Source: a virus
Lineage: Duplodnaviria; Caudoviricetes
DNA length: 64,000 bases
Strand: one strand, 5' to 3'
IMG/VR virus record: IMGVR_UViG_3300021399_000008
Span: 52,329 to 116,328 of that record
Shown here piece by piece: positions 8,632-18,059 of this stretch (its first letter is position 1; each line of letters starts with the position of its first letter). Under the pieces are notes generated by a model that ran no database searches, was not told the origin of the DNA, and was given only the letters and a program-made list of their open reading frames with translations. The translations under genes were made by a program, and so were the position numbers.

Positions 8632-8951
8632 GTAACTATAAATATATATGGGACGAGCTGAAGGAAACAATCCATGAACTGCATGAAGCAAACACAGACA
8701 AGCCTGATGTCGAGAACGTGACACGGTTTCTTGAGAACTTGATGAATGTCAAGGAGAAGAAGAATACCGATATCAGGGACTGTGCAGCTATGTGGTGCGA
8801 CGATATCAGTTTCTGCGGAGAAGAGTGTGATTGGCTCGACTGCCCCAGGAACAGTAAGAACATTCGAGATAAGACAGTACCGCACTCTTATATCGTTGGA
8901 ACACCTGACGATTGTCCGAAGAAACTGGAAGGAGCAGTATCAGCTGTATGA
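8628..8951 (+). CDS. hypothetical protein
   Basis: ATGA overlaps at both ends. Confidence 0.65.
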   Translation: MSNYKYIWDELKETIHELHEANTDKPDVENVTRFLENLMNVKEKKNTDIRDCAAMWCDDISFCGEECDWLDCPRNSKNIRDKTVPHSYIVGTPDDCPKKLEGAVSAV

Positions 8952-9247
8952 GCAAACAGAGCAAACAGAACAAACAGACTGAATACCACGTCGGAGCTTC
9001 GGATATCAGCGGGCTTGTCTATATAGGCAGAGCTACAAAAGAAGACGGAGTTTTCTGGTGGAAGGATAAAAGCGAAGGAACCAGTGAAGCTATTAACGCT
9101 GTGATGGGCCATATGCTGCACAAGATAAAACCAGGAGAGAATTCGACAGCTTATATGAATACAACTCGTGACGGCAGGTATCTGAGGTTGACACTGGAAG
9201 TAACTGATAAGAAACCTGCGTGGCTGGAGGAAGAGGATGACCTGTAA
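8948..9247 (+). CDS. hypothetical protein
   Basis: AAGGAG RBS; ATGA overlap. Confidence 0.6.
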   Translation: MSKQSKQNKQTEYHVGASDISGLVYIGRATKEDGVFWWKDKSEGTSEAINAVMGHMLHKIKPGENSTAYMNTTRDGRYLRLTLEVTDKKPAWLEEEDDL

Positions 9248-9392
9248 TCGAGACTGTGCGCACTGCTGTTACTCTCAGCTGATTAAACAGAGTGGATACT
9301 GTTCGAGTCCTGGATAGACCTGTAATGGAAACTGTTCCAGCTGCCAGCACTATGTTGTACTGAGATGGAAATGGAGATGCGGAAGAGTATGA
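9237..9392 (+). CDS. Cys-rich peptide with in-frame TAG (9315)
   Basis: MTCNRDCAHC...PG*TCNGNCSSC internal repeat; TGA overlaps the next ATG. Confidence 0.6.
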
Positions 9393-9571
9393 CAGGACGA
9401 GAGTTTATTAAATGGATTCTGGATAATCAGGTAGAGGATTGTCCTATCGAGATTGTATATAGAACTCCTGATGGAAAATTCTTCCCTGAGACTGATAAGT
9501 ATTTTGTTCTGGATATCGATGAGAAAGGGAAGGATGAGTTCGGCTGGAACTACAGGAGGATACTGTTGTGA
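9389..9571 (+). CDS. hypothetical protein, MTGxELIxWI family
   Basis: MTGREFIKWIL. Confidence 0.65.
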   Translation: MTGREFIKWILDNQVEDCPIEIVYRTPDGKFFPETDKYFVLDIDEKGKDEFGWNYRRILL

Positions 9572-9771
9572 CGTTTGTGAACTTTAACTTCAAAGGATAC
9601 GTAGATCCGTGGCTTGTGAATGTCAGCCTGGTTACTGACATTATGTATGACAAAAGTAACAACCAAACGATTATCTACTTCCTGTCAGAACCGGGGAGAC
9701 GGACTGTTGAAGGAAACGTAGTCGACCATATTATAGAGAAGATGAAGAAAGCTGGAGTAAACGTAGTATGA
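9568..9771 (+). CDS. hypothetical protein (tandem paralog 1)
   Basis: DPWLVNVSLVTDI; GTGA overlap. Confidence 0.65.
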   Translation: MTFVNFNFKGYVDPWLVNVSLVTDIMYDKSNNQTIIYFLSEPGRRTVEGNVVDHIIEKMKKAGVNVV

Positions 9772-9959
9772 AGTTTATAAGAATAGACCTGCATAACGAT
9801 CCAGATCCGTGGTATGTGAACATGGATAAAGTAACAGATTTTTACTACAACAGCGGGACAAAGAAAACGTATGTGACTATTGTAGGAGAGGAAAACGAGA
9901 GAGTATTCGATGGAAACATCACCACTCAGCTTCTGAATCCTTCACTTTTATGGAGCTGA
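9768..9959 (+). CDS. hypothetical protein (tandem paralog 2)
   Basis: DPWYVNMDKVTDF. Confidence 0.65.
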   Translation: MKFIRIDLHNDPDPWYVNMDKVTDFYYNSGTKKTYVTIVGEENERVFDGNITTQLLNPSLLWS

Positions 9960-9971
9960 GAGATTTGATAT

Positions 9972-10022
9972 TTGACATAACGGCTGGCAGTAGGATATGA
10001 TCTTACTGTCAGCTGTTCTTTT
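9972..10022 (+). promoter_or_regulatory. sigma-A-like integrase promoter overlapping an intrinsic terminator
   Basis: TTGACA 9972, 18-bp spacer, TATGAT 9996; the -10 spans the loop of hairpin 9979-10017, which is followed by CTTTT. Confidence 0.55.
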
Positions 10023-10033
10023 CGGAGGGTAAG

Positions 10034-11305
10034 ATGAGTATAGATATAGAAAGTATTAAATAGATCGTACATGAAACTCTGAAAGAATCGCTGGCTATGT
10101 ACCTTGAAAACTCAATGTTTCCAGGTTTCCTCAGACCAGAGAAAGAAGAGGAAACCATGGGTGATTTCAGATCATTCGTAAATATAGGAACAAGAGAGAA
10201 GCCTGTGATGAAGAGGTTAGCCGCGAAGAGCCAGCAGGAACTGAACGACAGGATCGTAAAGGCTTACGTAGATTCAGGAAGAATATGGGAGTTTTTGGAG
10301 TTAAAATCGGACTCTGAGAATAAACCCAGGGAAACATTCGGGCAGTATGTTGAACGCTGGATTTCGCTCTATAAAGTCAATAAAATACGTGGAAACACAC
10401 TGAAGGATTATAAGACAATACTGACAGGATATCTTATACCGGAGTTCGGGAACAGAGAGTTCGCCTCTATAACGACAGATGACTTCCAGAAGTTCCTGAA
10501 TAAGAACAAACATTTGTCGATGAAGTACCTGACGAACATAAAGATTCTGTTTGGATCTATAGCTAAGGATGCTGTTGAGGACGGAGTTATAGATAAAGAT
10601 CCTACTGCGAGCAGGAAACTGTTTATACCTTCGACGAAGAAGAAGGAACGTAAACCTTTAAAGAAGGAAGAGTATCTGGAAATTCTCGAAGAAGTTAAGA
10701 AGCTGAAAGGAAGATTGTATCTTTTGATTGTTCTGCTTATGTTAAGTGGGCTGAGAAGAGGAGAAGTCCTGGGGCTGAAATGGGAAGACTTCTGCTGGGA
10801 TGAAGGATACTTCGTAGTTCAAAGGAACGTGACCTTCTCGAAAGGAATATCTGAAGTAGGCGAGACTAAGACTGAGTCTGGAAAGAGGAAGGTTCCTATA
10901 TTAAAAGAACTCAGAACTTTTCTTGAGCCTTATAAGAAGGAATCTGGTTTTATTATCGAAGCTAAAGGAAGAGATCAGCAGCCAATCTGCAAGTCGACCT
11001 TCGACAGAGACTGGTACCAGCTGAATAAACTGATTAACCTGCACGGAGCTACACCTCATATCTTCAGGCACACATTCCTGACATTACTGGCTGCGTCTGG
11101 GGTAGACATTAAGACTCTGCAGACGATAGCCGGACACAGTAATGCTGAGGTAACAATGAGAGTGTACGTACATCCTGTTGACTCAAATATAGTAAAGGCA
11201 GGAGCAATGTTCAGTAAGTCAGTCTTTGATAATGTTGACTGGACTAAGTACGAAGAGATTACGGAGAAGTCTGAGATCGAAGAAGAAGTAGATAACGTAA
11301 GTTAA
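10034..11305 (+). CDS. int: tyrosine integrase (long form has TAG at codon 10; alternative start 10157)
   Basis: SGLRRGEVLGLKW, KTESGKR, HIFRHTF, GHS...VYVH; adjacent attP. Confidence 0.95.
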
Positions 11306-11345
11306 CGTGGTGTCAGTATACATAGGGTATACAGGATTCGAAATA

Positions 11346-11387
11346 TTCATACCCGGAGTGTCATTGGTTCGAGTCCAATCGGAGCCA
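11346..11387 (+). mobile_element. attP core: 3' half of a tRNA-Met(CAT)
   Basis: TTCATAC anticodon loop, then ATTGG-TTCGAGT-CCAAT T-arm and CGGAGCCA; no 5' half; directly downstream of int. Confidence 0.85.
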
Positions 11388-11397
11388 TTCTAAGCGT

Positions 11398-11431
11398 TAT
11401 CTCGATTCTTCACGAGTCGAGATATTTTTTT
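11398..11431 (+). terminator. intrinsic terminator that would end the reconstituted tRNA
   Basis: TATCTCGATTC/GAGTCGAGATA stem followed by a T run. Confidence 0.75.
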
Positions 11432-11450
11432 ATCCGATGCATAATTCGAT

Positions 11451-11541
11451 TTACGTCAGTCTTAACGTCAGCCTGAAATACGACTTGGTTTATTCCACTA
11501 AGATAGTCAGCCTGTCTGAGCTGTCAGATTCTACGTCAGCC
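11451..11541 (+). repeat. putative integrase arm-type sites (ACGTCAG repeats)
   Basis: TTACGTCAGT 11451, TAACGTCAGC 11463, CTACGTCAGC 11531; related TAACGT copies near 11293-11308. Confidence 0.55.
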
Positions 11542-11666
11542 AACAGAAGAAAATAAATTTTTATTCAGCCGTTATTCACATAAGGAAACCTGGAAGCAGA
11601 GTTTATTCTTAACTTTAGCTGTTGTGCAGCGACTGTTAACGTTAGGAATAAGTGCGTTATAAATTA

Positions 11667-11693
11667 CCCCTGATGACCGAAAGTCGTCAGGGG
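11667..11693 (-). terminator. terminator at the end of the late operon
   Basis: CCCCTGATGAC/GTCGTCAGGGG hairpin just past the last - strand gene. Confidence 0.65.
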
Positions 11694-11703
11694 ATTATTC
11701 TTC

Positions 11704-11931
11704 TTACAGTCCAAATTTATTCACATCGTCAAAAGAAATAAGTTTATATTTCTTCGTAAGAACCTCGTTCTTACATACAGGGCACTGAGCTGCCCAATAT
11801 CTCTGAAAGTGTGAGAACTTTCTTTTCCCTCGTTTCACTCTGAGATCCCAGATAAAGTTTGTACCGCACTGTGGACAATGAAACGTAACCACTCTGTAGA
11901 ATCGTGGTTTACTGGGTTTTATATGGTTCAA
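11704..11931 (-). CDS. basic zinc-ribbon protein
   Basis: CPQCG...CPVC. Confidence 0.65.
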   Translation of the reverse strand: MNHIKPSKPRFYRVVTFHCPQCGTNFIWDLRVKRGKRKFSHFQRYWAAQCPVCKNEVLTKKYKLISFDDVNKFGL

Positions 11932-11952
11932 CGGTATCGCCTAATCCTTTTC

Positions 11953-12441
11953 TTATAAATGTTTGTCCTTATAGTAATCACGCATTGACTTTACTGAAAT
12001 CCTGATATCATGTTCAGGATCTGTATAGAATTTTGCTCTGGCTTCTGACCACGGAGATTCTGATTGGACACTAGCTGCGAGCCACGTAGTTCCTTTGTCT
12101 CCGTATTTCAGGATAACAGTGGATATAACGGCCCTGCCTTTAACTGGAATCTTCTCAGAATCTCCGATCATATCTGCAGCTGTGAGATTCGCCCTGTCTC
12201 TGTAGAACTCATGGAGTTCACGGCAGAAAGGTCCGATCCTCCAGGCTTCAATAGCTTCGTGGAACAGCTTCTTCCTGAAGGTTGTGTAGTACCAAGCTTG
12301 TGAATAATATACCTAGAGCTGGAGCTTCATAGGGGATATTGGCCCTGTAAGCTCGACGATGTATTTCGCGACATCAAATACTGTGACCGTATCACTATCG
12401 ATACTGATTAAATTTTTTATTCGCTTTTCTTTGTTAGCCAT
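11953..12441 (-). CDS. Panacea (DUF4065/SocA/GepA) domain protein with in-frame TAG (12313-12315)
   Basis: VFDVAKYI...ISPMKLQL*VYYSQAW...LFHEAIEAWRIGP...ESPWSEAR. Confidence 0.85.
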
Positions 12442-12442
12442 G

Positions 12443-12784
12443 TCAGCCGTTAATCTCCTCAGCTTCTTCTTCGGGATCTTTAATACCGCTCTTAATCATA
12501 TCAATGTTAAGGTTGTACCAGGCAGCTTTAATAGCATCCAGAACTGTCTGGCTCTCAATATCAAATCCTTCAGCCGAAAGCCTGTCGAGTACAGCCTTCA
12601 GTTTCTCGTCTCCGTTATGTCTGCCGTACTCAGCTTCGACTGCGGCTACAAGTACCTTTACGGAGGATAGTAAATCATTCTTGTCAAGAAAGGGACGGAT
12701 ATACCGCTTCCAGACAAAAGCTAAACATAAGCCAAAAGCGCTGATTAAAATACACACGATCAAAGTTCTGATTCCTGCATCCAT
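12443..12784 (-). CDS. holin (LL-H-like)
   Basis: N-terminal TM segment, then VAAVEAEYG...GDEKLKAV; lysis cluster. Confidence 0.7.
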   Translation of the reverse strand: MDAGIRTLIVCILISAFGLCLAFVWKRYIRPFLDKNDLLSSVKVLVAAVEAEYGRHNGDEKLKAVLDRLSAEGFDIESQTVLDAIKAAWYNLNIDMIKSGIKDPEEEAEEING

Positions 12785-12807
12785 TCGGGGATCACTCCTT
12801 ATCTGTC

Positions 12808-13113
12808 TTATCCATTTTCTGTTTCTTCAAATTGTTCAGTGTGATAGTTCGAGTAACTGAAGTTCTGGTCATCAATAGAGGTTCGTATCTTCTGTACGTT
12901 CTCGACTCCGGCCTTCCCGTAGTAACAGCCTACGGCTATCCCGGCGAAGGTTGTGGTAGCTTGAACAATATTTACGATAGCGTCCGTCTGAAAAGAAGCG
13001 AGAGGTGCATACGTGATCAGAAGAAGAGAGAGCGTAATAATTGTGAACAGCGCAACTATGGAAACCCACGCGAACTGTTTCGAGGTTTCCATCTTCTTAG
13101 ACTTCGCTGTCAT
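12808..13113 (-). CDS. two-TM membrane protein, holin-like
   Basis: METSK...two TM segments...YYGKAGVEN. Confidence 0.6.
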   Translation of the reverse strand: MTAKSKKMETSKQFAWVSIVALFTIITLSLLLITYAPLASFQTDAIVNIVQATTTFAGIAVGCYYGKAGVENVQKIRTSIDDQNFSYSNYHTEQFEETENG

Positions 13114-13599
13114 TTAGTTCGCCTCAACCGGAGCAGATTGAATCTTCGCTATAAAATCTTCCGGGATATGGTTATGCATACCATTCTCAGTATAGATTTT
13201 GTACATCCGCTCTAAACTGGTCAGTTCATTGTATGAGATTGCGTTACGTCGAACGCCGTAGTGCATGTAAGCCCACGTTAACTTTTCGTTAATCAGGGAA
13301 CATGTCTGACTGTCGAGGCTTTTAACCTGTTCTTTTATCTCATCAATACTGCCCATAATCTGGCGCATGTCTTCTTTCCGATCTTCGTCTCTGCGCTACT
13401 GTTCTTCTCTGATCTTCTTTATTTCTTCCATCACATCAGCCGGGAACTTCTTAGCCTCTTCGATATCGAGATGATGCTGGTGGATACGACGTCCAATAAC
13501 TTTAATATTTTTCCAGAAAGCAACAATAAGACCTACTCCGGCTGCGACAGCTGCGAAAGCACCCCAGCCGGAAGATATAAAACTCATAAAATCAGACAT
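13114..13599 (-). CDS. membrane-anchored lysis-region protein with in-frame TAG (13396-13398)
   Basis: ORFs 13396-13608 and 13114-13368 are one frame joined through EEQ*RRDE; N-terminal TM; YKIYTENGMH tail. Confidence 0.7.
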
Positions 13600-13631
13600 A
13601 AAGACCACTCCAATTAAGTGGTACTTCTGGT

Positions 13632-14534
13632 TTATCCAGAAATACCTGCGTTTTTTAAGGCATTTACCAGGGATCTGGCGGCCTCGATGTCTAACTCGAT
13701 TCGTACTGTACTCGAGGAATTCGGCTGATTTTCTCCAGTAATTTCTGTAGATCCGGGAGTTATCTGAGCTTCGACTAAGAACTCGGATTTAATATAGCCG
13801 TTAATCGGTCTTCCTCTGTACGTTAATTCGACTTTAGACCAGGTATCGTTTACCTGTTCAGCCGAAACAATAGTACCGACAGGAAGCTGGATAATCCTGT
13901 CGGAGTCTGTAGAAGGACGTTTACGAACGTTAACGCTCTTTCCGTCCTGAGAAGTAATCTTAGCAGTATACATCGCATCGCCACCTGTCGTTATAGGAAT
14001 TTCAATAGTTACTGTGTTCTCGTAGTTTACGTCCTTCAGCTCTCCCCAGTGTGTCCAGCCTGTAATTTTCGACTGAACTACACCTGTCTTGGAACCCTGA
14101 GCTTCGATTACTTTACCTTCTCCGATATAGAGACCGATATGATAATACCGTTTCTTAGGATCTGGGTCGTATTTAAAGACAGCTGTTCCAGGTAGGAGAG
14201 TCTTACCGTCAGTACGGTAACCATTCCGCTACTCACCCTTAGCTGAGAGAACGTTCTTAGACCAGATAGAGTTTGAGCCATGGTAGATTGTTTTACCGTG
14301 GCGTTTATAAGCCCAGACGAAGAGTCCGCTGCAGTCAGAGACTTTATGGCCGATCCACTTCTGCCCATACTGAATAGACAGGTTGTAGTCAGAGTCTCCG
14401 CTGTGTCTCTTAACCTAGTCATCGTAGCTGGCACGAGTCCAATTCTGGCCTGAGGTTCCGAGGATATAGCCGAACTCCTGTTCGAGAGCTTCTTTAAAGT
14501 CTTTAATCAGATCAGTGTACAGGATCTTTCCCAT
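13632..14534 (-). CDS. endolysin, NlpC/P60-like peptidase plus SH3b, with two in-frame TAG (14415, 14229)
   Basis: GYILG...WIGHKVSDCSGLF...YHGSNSIW...HIGLYIGEGKVIEAQG runs in frame into the SH3b domain (VNVRKRPS...GYIKSEFL). Confidence 0.88.
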
Positions 14535-14549
14535 CGCACTCACCTGACC

Positions 14550-14759
14550 TTAGGCAATAATAGATAATGTTACGTAGCCGTTATCGTCTTCGATAAACAG
14601 AGCTACGTTGTCGAGTCTGTCGCCAACAGTTTTCGCGTTAGCGACCTGGCCGTCTTTCGTAAGACTTCTGTCGATTACGAGAGAACTGGATTCAACGATC
14701 TTCTTCTCGACGATGTTTTTACAGATGGCATATGTGGGTATATCTAAAATTCTGTTCAT
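14550..14759 (-). CDS. small hypothetical protein
   Basis: IDRSLTKDGQVANAKTVGDRL tail-fibre-like repeat motif. Confidence 0.6.
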   Translation of the reverse strand: MNRILDIPTYAICKNIVEKKIVESSSLVIDRSLTKDGQVANAKTVGDRLDNVALFIEDDNGYVTLSIIA

Positions 14760-14782
14760 GCTGCACCCACCTTTACATTAAG

Positions 14783-14971
14783 TTAAATTACAACCCATTT
14801 ACGTTCTGCTGACAGTCTCCAGATAATAGAGAGGTCAGGAGTTGTACAGATAGATCCCGGAGCTAAGTGGAGCTTCTCTGCATCCACAGCCGAGATCGGT
14901 TCATTCTCCCCGAGGATTATTTCAACCTGAGGAGCAGTATTCGGAATGTCGTTTACACGGGTGATTACCAT
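14783..14971 (-). CDS. small hypothetical protein
   Basis: GAGGTG RBS; LAPGSIC...WV pattern. Confidence 0.6.
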   Translation of the reverse strand: MVITRVNDIPNTAPQVEIILGENEPISAVDAEKLHLAPGSICTTPDLSIIWRLSAERKWVVI

Positions 14972-14991
14972 AATAGGTCACCTCTTTAATT

Positions 14992-15597
14992 TTAATAAAG
15001 ATCGTCTTTGAGTTTGTTTCGTAAATCTCTGCAGCGTTTCTTTTCGTCTTCAGATAAAACTGTCGAGCTGTCCATAATTATCAGTAAAGCCTGCCACATG
15101 TACGAGAAAGCCACTATGTAAAATGTCGGATCGTAAGTATAGGCTTTTGCCTCTCTATATTTCTCAACTATAAGCCCAAGCTGTTCTTCGTAGTAGTCTT
15201 TAGTGATGTCACTGGTTTTTAGTTTTAATAATTCGCACTTTGCCTGTAGTTCAGGTAAAAATGTCCAGAAGCCTGACCCACTAGTACCGCTTATTTCAGT
15301 CATTATAATTATCGGTTTCCATACACAGGAGTTATCATTCGCCCAATCTTCCGCTTCCTGCTCGTTCAACAGATCGACATGCTGCTCATAGTACTCTTTG
15401 AACCCAGAACCAAGAGAACATAGCTCGCTAAATAATTCACGTAAACGTTTGAGTATCTTTTTCCTGAAGTCCGAAGGAGATACACCTTCTTTATTGATAC
15501 CTATAGCGTAAGTTGTATTAAAGAACTCTTCTGCGTCGTTGTTGTAGTTGACGATTTCGTTCCACCGTTTATTGAATTCCTCTTGTGATACGTACAT
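14992..15597 (-). CDS. hypothetical protein (possible moron)
   Basis: GAGGTG RBS; divergent from the RM genes. Confidence 0.65.
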   Translation of the reverse strand: MYVSQEEFNKRWNEIVNYNNDAEEFFNTTYAIGINKEGVSPSDFRKKILKRLRELFSELCSLGSGFKEYYEQHVDLLNEQEAEDWANDNSCVWKPIIIMTEISGTSGSGFWTFLPELQAKCELLKLKTSDITKDYYEEQLGLIVEKYREAKAYTYDPTFYIVAFSYMWQALLIIMDSSTVLSEDEKKRCRDLRNKLKDDLY

Positions 15598-15616
15598 GTT
15601 AATCACCTCTGGTTTG

Positions 15617-15646
15617 TTGACTCAGAAAAATCAGACGTTGTATAAT
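15617..15646 (+). promoter_or_regulatory. sigma-A-like promoter of the RM operon
   Basis: TTGACT, 18-bp spacer, TATAAT. Confidence 0.6.
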
Positions 15647-15681
15647 AATCTTCTATTGAGCGGAAGAAGGTAGGTAATACT

Positions 15682-16839
15682 ATGGAGCGGATAAATTCTC
15701 TCGAATTATTCTGCGGTACTGGAGGATTAGCGCTGGGTTTACAACAGGCAGGGTTCGACCATAAAGCTCTGATCGAATGGGATAAAGACTCCTGCGAGAA
15801 TATAAACGCGAATATTAGAGAAGGGTATGAACAAATAAAAGACTGGAATGTAATCCAGTCAGATGTCCGGGCTATAGATTTCGAAAAGCAGTTCGAAAGA
15901 ATTACTCTTGTGTCTGGTGGTCCTCCATGTCAACCTTTCTCGTTAGGAGGGAAACACCTGGCATATAATGATAAGCGGGATATGTTTCCTCAGGCTGTTC
16001 GAGCCGTAAGAGAACTGAAGCCGAAAGCTTTTATCTTTGAGAACGTAAAGGGTCTGCTGCGCCAATCCTTCAGCGAATACTTTAACTATATTATCCTTCA
16101 GCTCAAGTATCCTGAGATTGTTCCTGAAAGCGGAATGGACTGGAGAGAACACGCTGAACTGCTAAAGAAATACAGTGAAGAGAAAACTGATGGGTTAACC
16201 TACTCAGTCCAGTATAAACTTGTTAACGCTGCAGATTACGGAGTTCCACAACAAAGACATCGTGTCGTAATTGTAGGATTTAGAAGCGATCTTAATGTTG
16301 ACTGGAGTTTTCCAGAACCAACACATTCAAAGGAAGCTCTCGAATATTCGAAGTGGATAACTGGAGAATATTGGGATCGACATGGACTTCAGAAACCAGA
16401 AGCACCTAAATCAACAGAGAAAATTACAATTCAAGCACTTACAAAGAAACCGTGGAGAACTGTTCGAGATGCGTTAGCAGGTTTACCTCAACCTTCTGAA
16501 ACCAATACAGCAGTACCGAACCATGAATTTCGAGGAGGAGCAAAACAATATCCTGGCCATTCAGGAAGTGTGTTGGACGAGCCATCAAAGACAATTAAAG
16601 CCGGAGCTCATGGTGTCCCTGGCGGGGAAAACATGATTGTTCTGGATGATGGTTCGCAAAGGTATTACACAATTAGAGAGAGCGCAAGAATTCAAACGTT
16701 TCCTGACAACTATATCTTTCACGGTTCATGGACTGAGAGTATGCGACAAATAGGAAACGCTGTACCTGTACTTCTCGCAAAAACAATAGGAGAGTCTGTG
16801 TATAAGCAGTTGGAGAAGGTGGTTGATCGTGAGCAGTAA
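15682..16839 (+). CDS. DNA (cytosine-5) methyltransferase
   Basis: FCGTGG, GGPPCQPFS, ENVKG, QQRHR, RQIGNAVP. Confidence 0.95.
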   Translation: MERINSLELFCGTGGLALGLQQAGFDHKALIEWDKDSCENINANIREGYEQIKDWNVIQSDVRAIDFEKQFERITLVSGGPPCQPFSLGGKHLAYNDKRDMFPQAVRAVRELKPKAFIFENVKGLLRQSFSEYFNYIILQLKYPEIVPESGMDWREHAELLKKYSEEKTDGLTYSVQYKLVNAADYGVPQQRHRVVIVGFRSDLNVDWSFPEPTHSKEALEYSKWITGEYWDRHGLQKPEAPKSTEKITIQALTKKPWRTVRDALAGLPQPSETNTAVPNHEFRGGAKQYPGHSGSVLDEPSKTIKAGAHGVPGGENMIVLDDGSQRYYTIRESARIQTFPDNYIFHGSWTESMRQIGNAVPVLLAKTIGESVYKQLEKVVDREQ

Positions 16840-17461
16840 TACGCTGAAAATCATAAAGCCGTTTAATCCTTTAGATAAAACAAATCTCGGCGAAAGCGTA
16901 GCAGAGGCTGCGATGAAGTCACCTGTTCAAAAACTGCCGCCAGAACCTTTTATTGGAGCAGGCGTCTATATTATCTACTACGTCGGAGATAACCCTATAT
17001 ATAAGCAAATCACTGAGAAAAACAGGAACGGAAAGTTCTCGTGTCCGATTTACGTAGGCAAAGCTGTTCCAGCCGGAGCCAGAAAAGGTGGTCAAACAAT
17101 AGACGTATACACAGGAACTGCTTTATATAAGAGACTGACAGAGCATAGTGAATCAATAACAGCCGCTCAGAATTTGAAGCTTCAAGATTTTTACTGCCGC
17201 TTTCTTGTAGTGGATGATATATGGATTCCTTTGGCTGAGACATTGCTGATCGAGAAGTTTAATCCAGTATGGAATAAGGTTCTTGACGGATTTGGAAACC
17301 ACGATCCTGGCAAAGGAAGATATGAAGGAAAGATGCCGTACTGGGATTGTGTTCATCCGGGGAGAGAATGGGCAGCTAGATTGCAGCCATGCAGATACGG
17401 TAAAGCAGAACTGGAAGAGAAGGTATTAGCTTACTTAAACGAACAGGACCTGATGTTATAA
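16829..17461 (+). CDS. Eco29kI-family GIY-YIG restriction endonuclease
   Basis: GAGVYIIYY...IYVGKAVP...DFYCRF...DGFGNHDPGKGR; overlaps the MTase gene. Confidence 0.9.
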   Translation: MSSNTLKIIKPFNPLDKTNLGESVAEAAMKSPVQKLPPEPFIGAGVYIIYYVGDNPIYKQITEKNRNGKFSCPIYVGKAVPAGARKGGQTIDVYTGTALYKRLTEHSESITAAQNLKLQDFYCRFLVVDDIWIPLAETLLIEKFNPVWNKVLDGFGNHDPGKGRYEGKMPYWDCVHPGREWAARLQPCRYGKAELEEKVLAYLNEQDLML

Positions 17462-17525
17462 TCGTACCTGCGACTCGCTTCGGATAAATCCTCGCTCGTC
17501 GTAGGTTGTGAAGGAGGTGGTTCCA

Positions 17526-17603
17526 ATGAACTACTTAGATTTGAAAAGGAACTATACGATGAAAAGGAAGTTTGTGAAAAGGTACGGATTGAATAGGAAC
17601 TGA
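17526..17603 (+). CDS. 25-aa basic peptide within a TGAAAAGGAA repeat tract
   Basis: Strong AAGGAGGTG RBS; TGnTATAAT at 17454-17462. Confidence 0.4.
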   Translation: MNYLDLKRNYTMKRKFVKRYGLNRN

Positions 17604-17700
17604 AAATGTATTTAGAATCGGAAAACGAGAGTTAAAGAGCAGGAATGGTTGAAAAGGAAATAGGTTTAGTCATGTTTGATGCTAAACCGGAATGAAAAGG

Positions 17701-17743
17701 AATATCCCCTAAGCGGCAAAAGTCGCTTAGGGGATATTTTTTT
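17701..17743. terminator. terminator between convergent units
   Basis: AATATCCCCTAAGCG/CGCTTAGGGGATATT followed by a T run. Confidence 0.8.
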
Positions 17744-18026
17744 AGCTGATTTCTCTGAAGTAATAATGAACGGTAATTGTTCCATCACCGTTTTCAAGGA
17801 TTTGAGTCGAACCAAGTTCCATATTATAAAACTCATAAATATCGCGGTCAGTATCAACTTCACGAATACGAACAAAAGATTTATCAGCATCGCGAATTGT
17901 CTGAAAATCAGGGAACATTTCAGTATAATTACTGTAAACCACCGTTACGTCTGGGTTAGGGATGATACAGGTGTTAATATCAATGCGTGTCATGTCGTTA
18001 AACCAAATATAAAGTTTCTTTTCCAT
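17742..18026 (-). CDS. hypothetical tail-associated protein
   Basis: AAAGGA RBS; follows the receptor-binding candidates. Confidence 0.65.
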   Translation of the reverse strand: MEKKLYIWFNDMTRIDINTCIIPNPDVTVVYSNYTEMFPDFQTIRDADKSFVRIREVDTDRDIYEFYNMELGSTQILENGDGTITVHYYFREIS

Positions 18027-18059
18027 ACTGAAATCCTTTCTTGATAACGATAAAAGTAA

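Noticed and set aside
11323-11390. Complete tRNA-Met gene
   Set aside because: The 5' acceptor strand and D-arm are missing; treated as attP
14108-14434. 108-aa ORF from the track
   Set aside because: Alternative frame of the TAG-containing endolysin, which has the catalytic motifs
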